Of a stretch of 64,000 nucleotides of DNA, positions 1 through 9,517 are shown piece by piece. Numbering within the stretch: position 1 is the first letter of the stretch; every line of letters begins with the position of its first letter. The translations under genes were made by a program, and so were the position numbers. This DNA is from Candidatus Krumholzibacteriia bacterium (GTDB taxonomy: Bacteria > Krumholzibacteriota > Krumholzibacteriia > LZORAL124-64-63): contig JAZBOO010000163.1 in the NCBI GenBank assembly GCA_036351155.1, forward strand, positions 9,821-73,820, written 5' to 3'. The notes beneath the pieces are model-generated. The model did no database searches and was not told the DNA's origin. It was given only the letters and a program-made list of their open reading frames with translations.

Positions 1-2
1 AG

Positions 3-278
3 CTCAGCGGTGGAGCCCATCTGCGCTTTGCTTTCCGTGGTCCGGCCCGGCCTCAGGGCGATGATACTCCGGCCCTCAGCCGCGAATTCGTCTCCTTCGG
101 CTGCGGCGATGCCTGGCGGCGCATGCTGGAACGGGAACAGCTCGACGCCCGCGACCTGCTGCAACGACGCTGGGATATTCTCTTCCAGATCGGCAGAAGC
201 ACTTTCCGCCCACGGCACGGTGGGTTCGACCCTGTCCAGCAGCTTCTGGTGGACATTCGCCCGGCGGTCGATCCGTGA
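3..278 (+). CDS. recJ: 3' end of ssDNA exonuclease RecJ (C-terminal OB fold), partial at window edge
   Basis: Manual frame-3 translation LSGGAHLRF...WDILFQIGRSTFR...VQQLLVDIRPAVDP* resembles the RecJ OB-domain end. The stop overlaps the rel GTG (GTGA), and recJ-rel-dtd is a common gene order. Confidence 0.65.
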   Translation, partial: LSGGAHLRFAFRGPARPQGDDTPALSREFVSFGCGDAWRRMLEREQLDARDLLQRRWDILFQIGRSTFRPRHGGFDPVQQLLVDIRPAVDP

Positions 279-2467
279 GCCGCGCTGGGAGCACGGGTCA
301 CACCGTCGACCTCCCGGCAATGATGGAGGACATCTGGTCCCGGGTGCAGAGGTACAACCCCCAGGCGGACAAAGAACGGCTGTGGGAAGGATACAACTTC
401 GCCCTGCAGGCCCATGCCCATCAAACCCGCAAGAGCGGGGAACCCTTCTTCATGCACGCCATGACGGTGGCCAGCATCCTGACCGACCTGCGCCTCGATG
501 TGGACACCCTGATCGCGGCCATGGTCCACGACGTGGTGGAGGATACCGAATACACGCTTGAAGATATCGACCAGCGTTTCGGCGGCGAAGTGGCCAACAT
601 GGTCGACGGCGTGACCAAGATCAGCGGGCTGTACAACGTCAACAAGGAAGCCCGCAAGGCCGAGACCTACCGGAAGCTGGTCCTGGCCATCGCCCGGGAC
701 CCGCGCACCATCCTGATCAAGCTGGCCGACCGCCTGCACAACATGCGGACCATCGAGTTCCTGGCCAAGGACCGACAGGTTGACATCGCCCAGGAAACCA
801 TGGATGTCTATATCCCCTTCGCCCATCGTTTCGGGATTGCCCGGATCAAGTGGGAGCTGGAGGACCTGGCCTTCAAGATCCTGGACCCGGGGGCCTACTT
901 CGAGGTCGAGCGCGGGATCAACCAGACCCGTGACGAGCGGGAACGCATCATCGACAAGCTTCTTCTGCCCTTGCAGGCCAAGATGAAGGAGGCCGGGATT
1001 GCCTGCGGGATCAGCGGGCGCCCCAAGCACTTCTATTCCATCTACCGTAAAATGCAGGACCAGGACATCAGCCTGGACCGCGTTTACGATCTGCTGGCCT
1101 TGCGCATCATCGTGGCCAACAAGGCCGACTGCTACCATGCTCTGGGCGTACTGCACACGCTGTTTCCGCCGCTGGCCGACCGCATCAAGGACTACATCGC
1201 CACGCCCAAGCCCAACATGTACCAGTCCATCCATTCGACGGTGCGCACCCCCGGGGGCAAGTACATCGAGGTGCAGATCCGCACCGAGAAGATGCACGAA
1301 CAGGCCGAGCTGGGGATCGCGGCCCACTGGCGTTACAAGGAAGGCGGCGGTTCGGGCAAGGGCAACCTGGACCAGATGGTGGCCATGCTGCGGCAGATCA
1401 TGGCCTGGCAGGAGGACGTGTCGGATCCGCGGGAATTCATGGAGACCTTGAAGGTCGACTTCCTGCGGGACGAGGTATTCGTGTTCAGCCCCGGCGGCGA
1501 CGTGTTCGAGCTGCCGGTGGGGGCCACGCCGCTGGACTTCGCCTTTGCCATCCACAGCGAGGTGGGATTCCGCTGCACGGGGGCCAAGGTCAACGGGCGC
1601 ATTGCCAGTCTGCGCTCGGAACTGGGCAACGGCGACACGGTGGAAATCCTGACCAGCAAGCTGCCCAATCCCAGCGCCAGCTGGATGGAAATCGTCAAGA
1701 CCAGCCGGGCCAAGCACCACATCCGCCGCTGGATCCGCACCAGCCAGTTCGAAGAAAGCGTGAAGCTGGGGCGGGAAATTCTGGAACGCGAACTGCGCCG
1801 GGCCCACCTGCGAGTCAAGATCGACACCGACCTGGTCGAGGTGGCGCAGGAGCTGGGCTACGCCGAGCTGGACAAGTTGCTGGCGGCGGTGGGCCGCGGC
1901 GATGTTTCCCACGGGAAGGTGGTCAGCCGGGTGACCCCTCCGCCCGAGTCGGCGGCCGAAAAAGTGATCGCTCGTGGGCGGGACCTTTACGATTCACTGC
2001 TGCGCCGATCGTCCACTGGCGTGCGGGTAGCCGGGGTGGACAACCTGATGGTTTCCTTCGCCCGCTGCTGTCAGCCCATTCCCGGAGACTCCATCGTGGG
2101 AGTGGTCACCCGCGGCCGCGGCGTGTCGGTCCACCGCAACGGCTGCACCAACCTGAACGATCCGAACCTGGGTCCGGAACGTCTCATCGACGTGACCTGG
2201 GATGTGGCTCCCGAGCAAACCTTCCTGGTCAAGCTGATCATCATGGCCAGTGACCGGAAGAACCTGCTGATGGACATCAGCAAGGTGCTCGATCTGACCA
2301 ACACGAACATCCAGAGCGGCGAGTTCATCGCCGAGCATGAACTGGCCACCGTCACCCTGGTGGTTGAGGTGCGCAATCTGAACAAGCTGGAACAGATCCT
2401 GGCCGCCGTGCGCAAGGTCAAGGGTGTCCAGCAGATCGAACGCTACCAGCTGGGGCACCAGGCCTGA
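275..2467 (+). CDS. rel: Bifunctional (p)ppGpp synthetase/hydrolase (long RSH: HD-SYNTH-TGS-ZFD-ACT)
   Basis: RKSGEPF, intact HDVVEDT hydrolase motif, KLADRLHNMRT, YQSIH, EVQIRT, TGS (DFAFAIHSEVG), CCQPIPGD, C-terminal ACT. Confidence 0.97.
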   Translation: MSRAGSTGHTVDLPAMMEDIWSRVQRYNPQADKERLWEGYNFALQAHAHQTRKSGEPFFMHAMTVASILTDLRLDVDTLIAAMVHDVVEDTEYTLEDIDQRFGGEVANMVDGVTKISGLYNVNKEARKAETYRKLVLAIARDPRTILIKLADRLHNMRTIEFLAKDRQVDIAQETMDVYIPFAHRFGIARIKWELEDLAFKILDPGAYFEVERGINQTRDERERIIDKLLLPLQAKMKEAGIACGISGRPKHFYSIYRKMQDQDISLDRVYDLLALRIIVANKADCYHALGVLHTLFPPLADRIKDYIATPKPNMYQSIHSTVRTPGGKYIEVQIRTEKMHEQAELGIAAHWRYKEGGGSGKGNLDQMVAMLRQIMAWQEDVSDPREFMETLKVDFLRDEVFVFSPGGDVFELPVGATPLDFAFAIHSEVGFRCTGAKVNGRIASLRSELGNGDTVEILTSKLPNPSASWMEIVKTSRAKHHIRRWIRTSQFEESVKLGREILERELRRAHLRVKIDTDLVEVAQELGYAELDKLLAAVGRGDVSHGKVVSRVTPPPESAAEKVIARGRDLYDSLLRRSSTGVRVAGVDNLMVSFARCCQPIPGDSIVGVVTRGRGVSVHRNGCTNLNDPNLGPERLIDVTWDVAPEQTFLVKLIIMASDRKNLLMDISKVLDLTNTNIQSGEFIAEHELATVTLVVEVRNLNKLEQILAAVRKVKGVQQIERYQLGHQA

Positions 2468-2485
2468 CCCTGATCCGGAGGCATC

Positions 2486-2956
2486 ATGCGCTGCGTGATT
2501 CAAAGAAGCGGACCCGCGCGGGTGACCGTGGGGGACCGGGTGACCGGGTCCATCGCAAGAGGGCTGGTGGTGCTGGTCGCCTTTCAGCCCGGGGATACGG
2601 CGCGCGAGCTGGCCTGGATGGCCCACAAGCTGCCCCGCCTGCGGATTTTTCGGGATAGCCAGGACAAGATGAACTGTTCCCTGCTGGATGTGGGCGGAGA
2701 GCTCCTCCTGGTCAGCCAGTTCACACTGTACGGCGATTGCCGCAAGGGCATGCGCCCGGGCTTCACCGGCAGTGCTCCGGGCGACCAGGCGCGCGGTCTT
2801 TACCTGCAGTTCGGGAAAATGCTCAGGGACGAAGGTCTGGTGGTGGCCGAAGGGGAGTTCGGGGCCATGATGGAAGTTTCTCTGGTCAACGATGGCCCTG
2901 TTACTCTGATCCTGGACCGGGAAGCCCCTGACCCGGCACCGGAGGTTGCTCCTTGA
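2486..2956 (+). CDS. dtd: D-aminoacyl-tRNA deacylase
   Basis: VSQFTLYG, FGAMMEVSLVNDGPVT motifs. Confidence 0.96.
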   Translation: MRCVIQRSGPARVTVGDRVTGSIARGLVVLVAFQPGDTARELAWMAHKLPRLRIFRDSQDKMNCSLLDVGGELLLVSQFTLYGDCRKGMRPGFTGSAPGDQARGLYLQFGKMLRDEGLVVAEGEFGAMMEVSLVNDGPVTLILDREAPDPAPEVAP

Positions 2957-3588
2957 CCGTCACCCCATTTGTACCCTGGCCCACGGGCCGTCAGCTGATC
3001 CTGGCTTCACGTTCACCGCGCCGGGCCCAGCTCCTTGAAATTGCCGGCCTCCCGCATCGGATAGAATTGCCCGGAGATGTGGAGCGGGAGCTTGCCGCCC
3101 GGCTCCTGGCCGAAGATGCCGAGCCTGGTCGGTATGCGGAGTTGCTGGCTGCGGCCAAGGCGAAGGATGTTTCCTCCCGTCTCCCCGACCAGCTGGTCCT
3201 CGGGGCCGATACAGTCGTGGTTCTGGACCGCCAGATCCTCGAAAAGCCCGTGGATGAGGCCGATGCCGAGCGTCTGCTGGGCCTCCTTTCGGGCAGGCGA
3301 CACACCGTGATCACGGCCATCGCCCTGTTCGGCGGTCCCGCTGGCCGGGGGCTGGCAGCCCACGAAAGAACCGAGGTCGATTTTCTGCCTTTGACACCCG
3401 GGTCCATCGCGGCCTATGTGCGTTCCGGGGAACCCATGGACAAGGCGGGAGCCTATGGTATCCAGGGTCTGGGAGCGCTCATGGTCCAGGGTGTCCAGGG
3501 TTGCTATTTCAACGTCATGGGTCTGCCGCTGGCCCGCCTGGGAAGTATGCTGCGTCAGCTGCTCCCCGCACAGCATGGAGGTGCTTGA
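2953..3588 (+). CDS. maf: Maf family nucleoside triphosphate pyrophosphatase (YhdE-like)
   Basis: LILASRSPRR, GADTVV, EKP, DKAGAYGIQG, NVMGLP. Confidence 0.95.
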   Translation: MTVTPFVPWPTGRQLILASRSPRRAQLLEIAGLPHRIELPGDVERELAARLLAEDAEPGRYAELLAAAKAKDVSSRLPDQLVLGADTVVVLDRQILEKPVDEADAERLLGLLSGRRHTVITAIALFGGPAGRGLAAHERTEVDFLPLTPGSIAAYVRSGEPMDKAGAYGIQGLGALMVQGVQGCYFNVMGLPLARLGSMLRQLLPAQHGGA

Positions 3589-4656
3589 ATGGGATCCCTG
3601 CCCTTTCCGTTTCCCGTTGTCCAGTGGGATGACAACCAGGTCGTCCTGATCGATCAGACTCTTCTGCCGGATCAGATCGCCTGGCGTCGTTGCGGAGATA
3701 TCGACTCCCTGTGTCAGGCCATCTACGAGCTGGCCGTCCGCGGGGCCCCGGCCATCGGGTGTGCGGCCGGGTTTGGCCTGGCCATGTCCTGGCGACTGGG
3801 TTTGACCAGGAACGAGGACCTGGAAAAAATCCTGGAGGGTTTCCTGGCCGACGGTCGGCGCCTCGCGGCCACGCGGCCCACCGCGGTCAATCTGTTCTGG
3901 GCGCTGGATCGGCTCACCCGCCTGGCCCGCGCCGAGGTGGGCCAGGGGACCGATGCCGAGGCCATCGCCGGTCTGCTGCTGGCCGAGGCCCGCGCCATCA
4001 TGGCCGAGGATATTGCCATGTGTCGGGCCATGGGCCTGGCGGGACAGGAGCTGTTGCCTGATTTTTCCACCGTCCTGACCCACTGCAACGCCGGCGGACT
4101 GGCCACCGGAGGTTATGGCACAGCGGTGGGGGTGGTCTATGCCGCCCGCGAGATGGGCAAAACTCTGCGTGTCTTTGCCGATGAAACCCGTCCCTTGCTG
4201 CAGGGGGGGCGCCTGACCGCCTGGGAACTGGTGAACCAGGGTATCGATGTCCAGGTCATCTGCGACTCGGCGGCAGCCACCGTGCTGCGTCAGGGAAAGA
4301 TAGATGCGGTCATCACCGGGGCCGACCGCATTGCAGCCAACGGAGATGCCGCCAACAAGATCGGCACCTACCCTCTGGCGGTTCTGGCCGATCGTCACGA
4401 TGTGCCCTTCTACGTGGCCGCTCCGGCCTCCACCTTCGATCCCGCCACGCCGGACGGAGAGAGTATCGTGATCGAGGAGCGGGACCCGGCCGAGGTGCAG
4501 GAGTTCCGTGGTGTCCGGGTGGTTCCCGAGGGCGCCGGGGCCTGGAACCCGGCCTTCGACGTGACGCCGGCCGCCCTGATCACCGCCTTCATCACGGAAC
4601 ACGGGGTGTTGCGCCCTCCCTTTGCGGACAGTCTGGAGCCTGTCCTGAGGCGATGA
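3589..4656 (+). CDS. mtnA: S-methyl-5-thioribose-1-phosphate isomerase
   Basis: VRGAPAIG, TRPTAVNL, THCNAGGLAT, DETRP, GADRIAANGDAANKIGT, NPAFDVTP. Confidence 0.95.
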   Translation: MGSLPFPFPVVQWDDNQVVLIDQTLLPDQIAWRRCGDIDSLCQAIYELAVRGAPAIGCAAGFGLAMSWRLGLTRNEDLEKILEGFLADGRRLAATRPTAVNLFWALDRLTRLARAEVGQGTDAEAIAGLLLAEARAIMAEDIAMCRAMGLAGQELLPDFSTVLTHCNAGGLATGGYGTAVGVVYAAREMGKTLRVFADETRPLLQGGRLTAWELVNQGIDVQVICDSAAATVLRQGKIDAVITGADRIAANGDAANKIGTYPLAVLADRHDVPFYVAAPASTFDPATPDGESIVIEERDPAEVQEFRGVRVVPEGAGAWNPAFDVTPAALITAFITEHGVLRPPFADSLEPVLRR

Positions 4657-4756
4657 CCAGCGATTCTACTTTGGCTCGAGGCTGAGTGTGATGTGCAGTA
4701 TTCTCAGCAAGAGAGGCAAGATGAGGTCGAGGCAACGCCTGATATGGGGTCTGTGT

Positions 4757-5098
4757 ATGGTCCAGGCGGTGCTGGCCCTGAGCTGCCGTATGGTGCAGGA
4801 CATGGGATTCACCCCCATCGAGGCGGAAGATGGCTTGCAGGCGGTGGAGATCTACCGGCGGCGCGGGCAGGACATCCTGCTGACCATGATGGATTTGACC
4901 ATGCCCGGACTGGACGGCAAGGAGGCCACCGAGGCCATCCGGATGATCGACCCTGCCGCCAGGGTGATTCTGGTCAGTGGATACTCACGGGAGGATTCCG
5001 CGATTGTGCACGCCGTCCCTGGTCTGGATGGATTTCTCCAGAAACCTTTCTCCGCCGGCGATTTGCGACAGGCCATCAATGCCATTCTGAGCCACTGA
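4757..5098 (+). CDS. Stand-alone receiver (REC) domain lacking the N-terminal acidic pair; atypical or a remnant
   Basis: AEDG, phosphoacceptor MDLTMP, LVSGYS and FLQKPF are present, but there is no 'VVDDE' after beta1. Start is uncertain (4688/4721/4757). Confidence 0.6.
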   Translation: MVQAVLALSCRMVQDMGFTPIEAEDGLQAVEIYRRRGQDILLTMMDLTMPGLDGKEATEAIRMIDPAARVILVSGYSREDSAIVHAVPGLDGFLQKPFSAGDLRQAINAILSH

Positions 5099-5115
5099 GA
5101 CCCATTTGACCTTTC

Positions 5116-5144
5116 TTGACAAACATCTTGCATTGGACTAATTT
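5116..5144 (+). promoter_or_regulatory. Sigma70-type promoter upstream of rplM
   Basis: TTGACA(5116-5121)-N17-TAATTT(5139-5144) in an AT-rich intergenic region. Confidence 0.65.
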
Positions 5145-5372
5145 ACTCCTCCTGCGAAGGCCGGAATACCCGATTTTTTCGGTGCGCACTACGGTGCGGA
5201 AACGCCTGTGTTTTTGTGGAAATCCTGGCGTTTTTCCTTGCAGCACAAAGATTTAACCTAATCTGTCGCAAACGGTAGGGGCCGTCAGGCCAGCGTGTGT
5301 GCGATGGCTGTTTTTGTGAATGGCAGGTCACCAGGTAACGGCCCGGCCGTTTCTCGAGGAGAATTTTTTATC

Positions 5373-5810
5373 ATGAAGCCCGTGAAGACCTACAGCATGA
5401 AGCTGGATGAGATCGCCAAAGACTGGCTGGTCATCGATGCCGAGGACGTCGTCCTCGGTAGGCTGGCGACCCAGGTGGCCACCTTCCTGAGGGGCAAGCA
5501 CAAGCCCACCTTTACGGCTCACCTGGACATGGGAGACAACGTCATCGTTGTCAACGCCGCCAAGGTGAAGCTGACCGGCCTGAAGCTGGAGAAGAAAGTG
5601 TACCTGCACCACACCGGGTACATGGGTGGCCAGCGCGTCACTCCCATGAAGAAACTCATGGAAAACCGTCCCGAGGAAGTCATTCTCCGTGCGGTCAAGG
5701 GCATGCTGCCCAAGACCCGTCTCGGTCGTGCCCAGTTGACCAACCTGCGGGTTTACGCGGGTGCCGAGCACCCCCACAGTGCCCAGCAGCCCAAGGTCGT
5801 GGAACTGTAA
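5373..5810 (+). CDS. rplM: 50S ribosomal protein L13
   Basis: WLVIDA, LGRLAT, LRGKHKPTF, D.GDNVIVVNA, AVKGMLPK, HPHSAQQP. ATG 5373 follows GAGGAG. Confidence 0.98.
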   Translation: MKPVKTYSMKLDEIAKDWLVIDAEDVVLGRLATQVATFLRGKHKPTFTAHLDMGDNVIVVNAAKVKLTGLKLEKKVYLHHTGYMGGQRVTPMKKLMENRPEEVILRAVKGMLPKTRLGRAQLTNLRVYAGAEHPHSAQQPKVVEL

Positions 5811-5862
5811 TCAGCCGCTTTTCGGCTTGTTTTGACGCCCCTGGCGGGGCACATCCGGAGGT

Positions 5863-6255
5863 TTGAAGTTGGAAGAGCGGTATTACGCCACAGGACGACG
5901 CAAGACGGCCGTGGCCCGTGTCTGGATCACCCAGGGCACCGGTCAGATCAAGGTCAACAATCGTGAAGTCATGGAATATTTCGGAGAAGCGGTCCGGCAG
6001 CAGGCCCTCATGCCTCTGACCAACCTGGGTGTCGAGGGCGACTTCGACATCTGGTGCACGGTCAAGGGCGGCGGCATCACCGGTCAGGCCGGCGCCCTGC
6101 GTCACGGTCTGGCCCGCGCCCTGGTCGTGGCCAACGAAGAGTTCCGTAACCCCCTGCGCAAGCACGGTTTCCTGACCCGCGACTCCCGTATGGTGGAGCG
6201 CAAGAAGTACGGTCAGCCCGGCGCCCGCAAGCGGTTCCAGTTCTCCAAGCGCTAA
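5863..6255 (+). CDS. rpsI: 30S ribosomal protein S9
   Basis: TGRRKTAVARV, GGGITGQAGA, LTRDSRMVERKK, QFSKR. TTG start after GGAGG. Confidence 0.98.
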   Translation: MKLEERYYATGRRKTAVARVWITQGTGQIKVNNREVMEYFGEAVRQQALMPLTNLGVEGDFDIWCTVKGGGITGQAGALRHGLARALVVANEEFRNPLRKHGFLTRDSRMVERKKYGQPGARKRFQFSKR

Positions 6256-6326
6256 ACCGCGTTTGGGAATATTGTCTCGGCCGGTATTGCCGGCCGGGAC
6301 AGCAGCCTGGCTTGTCCGGGCATATT

Positions 6327-6420
6327 ACACACCCGGTCGGAGATGCGGGATTTGGTGGCACCTGTTGCAATCATCTCGTGGTGTTTATCCCGACTCGTTG
6401 ATGACCGGGGAGGCTCAACC
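6327..6420 (+). ncRNA. rpsB leader (S2 autoregulatory / t44-type cis RNA)
   Basis: ACACAC followed by stem CCCGGTC/GACCGGG, inner stem CGGGAT/ATCCCG, then GGAGGC just upstream of rpsB. This is the layout of the known S2 leader. Confidence 0.75.
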
Positions 6421-6440
6421 TTGTTAATCGGAGGATCATC

Positions 6441-7301
6441 ATGGCGAAAGTCGGATTGAAAGACCTGCTGGAAGCTGGCGTCCACTTCGGACACCAGACG
6501 CGCAAGTGGAACCCCAAGATGAAGCCGTACATCTTCATCGCCCGGGGTGGCATCTACATCATCGATCTTCAGCGGACCCTGCGGAACCTGAACAAGGCCA
6601 GCAAGTTCCTCGAGACCGTGGGCGCCAAGGGCGGCTCGGTTCTGTTCGTGGGAACCAAGAAGCAGGCCAAGGTGGCCATCAAGGAGTTCGCCGATCGCGT
6701 GGACATGCCCTACGTGACCGAGCGCTGGCTCGGCGGTATGCTGACCAACCACCAGACCATCTACAAGAGTGTCCAGAAGCTCGAAGAGATCGAGGCCATG
6801 ATGAACGATGGCCGTATCGAGAACTTCTCCAAGAAGGAGCAGCTGGAATTCAGCCGCAAGTTCGAGAAGCTGAACACCAACCTCGGCGGCATCCGGAACA
6901 TGAAGGGCCTGCCCAGCGCCGTGTTCGTCGTCGATACCGCCGAAGAGGAAACCGCCGTGCGCGAGGCCAAGAAGCTGGGCATCCCGGTCATCGGCATCGT
7001 CGACACCAACTGCGATCCCACGCTGGTGGACTTCCCCATTCCGGGTAACGATGACGCCATTCGCGCCATCACGCTGTTCACCCGGGTTGTGGCCGAGTCC
7101 ATCGAAGAGGGTCGGAAGATGCGCGGCGAGGGTGTGGACAAGGCCATGGAAAAGGGCGTGGACATGGCGGCCCCCAAGAAGGCGGCCACCGCGGCCAGCG
7201 CCACTCTCGACGGAGAGGCCAGCAAGGTGGAACCCGCTCCTGCGGCCGCCAAGGCTGCCGAGGGAAAAACTGCCGAGGGTGAGGACAAGCCTGCCAGCTG
7301 A
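6441..7301 (+). CDS. rpsB: 30S ribosomal protein S2 (Ala/Lys/Glu-rich C-terminal tail)
   Basis: LLEAGVHFGH, WNPKM, FVGTKKQA, RWLGGMLTN, IPGNDDAIR. Confidence 0.98.
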   Translation: MAKVGLKDLLEAGVHFGHQTRKWNPKMKPYIFIARGGIYIIDLQRTLRNLNKASKFLETVGAKGGSVLFVGTKKQAKVAIKEFADRVDMPYVTERWLGGMLTNHQTIYKSVQKLEEIEAMMNDGRIENFSKKEQLEFSRKFEKLNTNLGGIRNMKGLPSAVFVVDTAEEETAVREAKKLGIPVIGIVDTNCDPTLVDFPIPGNDDAIRAITLFTRVVAESIEEGRKMRGEGVDKAMEKGVDMAAPKKAATAASATLDGEASKVEPAPAAAKAAEGKTAEGEDKPAS

Positions 7302-7471
7302 GGCGCGGGTTTGGTCCCAAGCAGGGATAATCAACAGGCCGGAGCTGGTGCTTCCGCTCCGGCCATGTGATAGAGCCAGTGGAACAATCGAGTAAAAATT
7401 TCAAGTGACCGGCCCTGCGGCTGGTCCCACACTCCCGCCCCAGAACACCGGCGGGAGACTCTGGAGGAGTC

Positions 7472-8065
7472 ATGGAAATCACCGCCAAGATGGTCAAGGA
7501 ACTGCGTGAATCCACAGGCGCGGGCATGATGGATTGCAAGAAGGCCCTCAAGGAGTGCGAGGGCGACATGGAGAAGTCGGTCGAGTTCCTGCGCAAGAAG
7601 GGCATCGCTTCGGCTTCCAAGAAGGAAGGCCGTGCCACCAGCCAGGGAATCGTTGGCAGCTACATCCACATGGGTGGCAAGGTGGGCGTCCTGATCGAGG
7701 TGGCCTGCGAAACCGACTTCGTGGCCCGCACCGACAACTTCCAGGAATTCGTGCACAACGTGGCCATGCACATCGCCGCGGCCAGCCCCGTGGCCGTCAC
7801 CCGTGAAGAGGTCGATCCTACTCTCATCGACAAGGAGAAGGAGATCTACCGCGGCCAGATGGAAGAGCAGGGCAAGCCGGCCGAGATCATCGAGAAGATC
7901 GTCGGCGGCAAGGTGGACAAGTACTACAGCGAAATCGTCCTGATGGAGCAGAAGTACGTCAAGGATCCCGACATCACCATCGAGGACTACCTCAAGTCCA
8001 TCATCGGTGAACTGGGTGAGAACATGCAGATCAAGCGCTTCACGCGCTATCAGATCGGCGGATAG
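7472..8065 (+). CDS. tsf: Elongation factor Ts (short 197-aa type)
   Basis: VKELRESTGAGMMDCKKAL, CETDFVA, MHIAA. Confidence 0.97.
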   Translation: MEITAKMVKELRESTGAGMMDCKKALKECEGDMEKSVEFLRKKGIASASKKEGRATSQGIVGSYIHMGGKVGVLIEVACETDFVARTDNFQEFVHNVAMHIAAASPVAVTREEVDPTLIDKEKEIYRGQMEEQGKPAEIIEKIVGGKVDKYYSEIVLMEQKYVKDPDITIEDYLKSIIGELGENMQIKRFTRYQIGG

Positions 8066-8080
8066 TTTCCGCTGACAAGG

Positions 8081-8112
8081 GGCCCGGGCGACTTCAGCCC
8101 GGGCCTTTTTTT
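8081..8112 (+). terminator. Rho-independent terminator after tsf
   Basis: GGCCCGGGC-loop-GCCCGGGCC followed by T7. Confidence 0.85.
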
Positions 8113-8234
8113 CACCATGTACAATCCTGACGGTTTTGCGTTAGATTGGGGGCGAGCCCGGCCCCGGTCCGTGGTCTCCAGAAGTATGCTCCGAATCGGT
8201 GGCCGCGCCACCCCAAGGGAAGGGACACCTCACG

Positions 8235-8942
8235 TTGAAGTTCACACGTATTCTCTTGAAGCTCAGTGGCGAAGCCCTCATGGGCGAAGGTGAGCAGTTC
8301 AGCCACAGCAAACTCACCGACCTGGCCCGGTACATTGCCGAGGTCCAGCAGATGGGTGTTCAGATCGGCATCGTGATCGGGGCGGGGAACATCTTCCGGG
8401 CCCGGTCCGCCAACCTGGAGATTGTCGACCGGGTGACCGCCGACAACGTGGGCATGCTGGCCACCATCATGAACGCCAGCATCCTGCGGGATTACCTGAG
8501 GGCCGAGGGCCTGAAGGCCAACATTCTCAGTCCTCGGGAAGTGCGGCCGCTGACCGGCGCCTTTGCCCGGGACACCGCCCTGGGCCTGCTGCAGGCCGGC
8601 CATGTCCTGATCTTTGCCGGGGGCACAGGCAACCCCTTCTTCACCACCGACTCGGCGGCGTCCTTGCGGGCCCTGGAAATCAGCGCCGATGCCCTGCTCA
8701 AGGGCACGCAGGTGGATGGGGTCTACGACAAGGATCCGCACAAGTTTGACGACGCCAAGCGTTACGACAAGTTGACCTATGGAGAGGTCCTGGATCAGCG
8801 CTTGCAGGTCATGGACCTGACGGCCGTGACCCTGTGCAGCGAAATGGGCCTGCCCATGTTCGTGTTTGATATTTCCGACCCTGCCAACCTGGTCAAGACC
8901 ATCGAAGGGACCCAGCGGGGGACCTGGATCACGAAGGAGTAG
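8235..8942 (+). CDS. pyrH: UMP kinase
   Basis: RILLKLSGEAL, GAGNIFR, GTGNPFFTTD, DGVYDKDP, VMDLTA. Start is TTG 8235 or GTG 8199. Confidence 0.96.
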   Translation: MKFTRILLKLSGEALMGEGEQFSHSKLTDLARYIAEVQQMGVQIGIVIGAGNIFRARSANLEIVDRVTADNVGMLATIMNASILRDYLRAEGLKANILSPREVRPLTGAFARDTALGLLQAGHVLIFAGGTGNPFFTTDSAASLRALEISADALLKGTQVDGVYDKDPHKFDDAKRYDKLTYGEVLDQRLQVMDLTAVTLCSEMGLPMFVFDISDPANLVKTIEGTQRGTWITKE

Positions 8943-8945
8943 AAG

Positions 8946-9503
8946 ATGAGTGCCGAAGTCAGGGAAACCACCGAACTGGCCATGGAAGAAACCATCGACG
9001 GTATCAAGCACCGGCTTCAGAAAATCCGGACGGGAAAAGCTTCACCCGCCATGCTGGACAGCGTGAAGGTGGAGTACTACGGTGCGCCGACCCCCTTGCA
9101 GCAGCTGGCCACCGTGTCGGTGCCCGAGCCCCGGCTGTTGACGGTCAAGCCTTTCGACCGATCGGTCATCGGGCTCATCGAAAAAGCCATCCAGGCCAGC
9201 AACCTGGGCCTGAATCCCGCCAGTGACGGCATGATGATCCGGCTGCAGATTCCCGAGCTGACCGAAGATCGCCGCAAGGATCTGGCCAAGCAGGCCAGGG
9301 AGATCGGTGAGGAGGGCAAGATCGCCGTGCGCCGCGCGCGCCAGGATGCCAACGATGCCTTGAAAAAGGAACAGAAGGACGGCGAGATCACCGAGGACGA
9401 GCTGCACAAGGACCGCGACGATATCCAGAAACTGACGGACCGTTTCTGCGAACTGGTGGACAGCATCGTGGCTTCCAAGAATGATGAAATCATGGAGATC
9501 TAG
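8946..9503 (+). CDS. frr: Ribosome recycling factor
   Basis: IRTGKASP, VEYYG, NLGLNP, PELTEDRRK. Confidence 0.97.
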   Translation: MSAEVRETTELAMEETIDGIKHRLQKIRTGKASPAMLDSVKVEYYGAPTPLQQLATVSVPEPRLLTVKPFDRSVIGLIEKAIQASNLGLNPASDGMMIRLQIPELTEDRRKDLAKQAREIGEEGKIAVRRARQDANDALKKEQKDGEITEDELHKDRDDIQKLTDRFCELVDSIVASKNDEIMEI

Positions 9504-9517
9504 GTGGTGAGTGGCCG

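Noticed and set aside
53..1912. Long antisense ORFs (also 14616-16664, 19925-22519, 38259-40589, 40712-42727, 51597-53654, 54699-56606, 58599-60335)
   Set aside because: Shadow frames of well-supported genes, expected in high-GC DNA; no recognizable motifs.
4653..4685. Mini-ORF MTSDSTLARG overlapping the mtnA stop
   Set aside because: Only 10 codons, not in frame with the receiver ORF, and no support for recoding.
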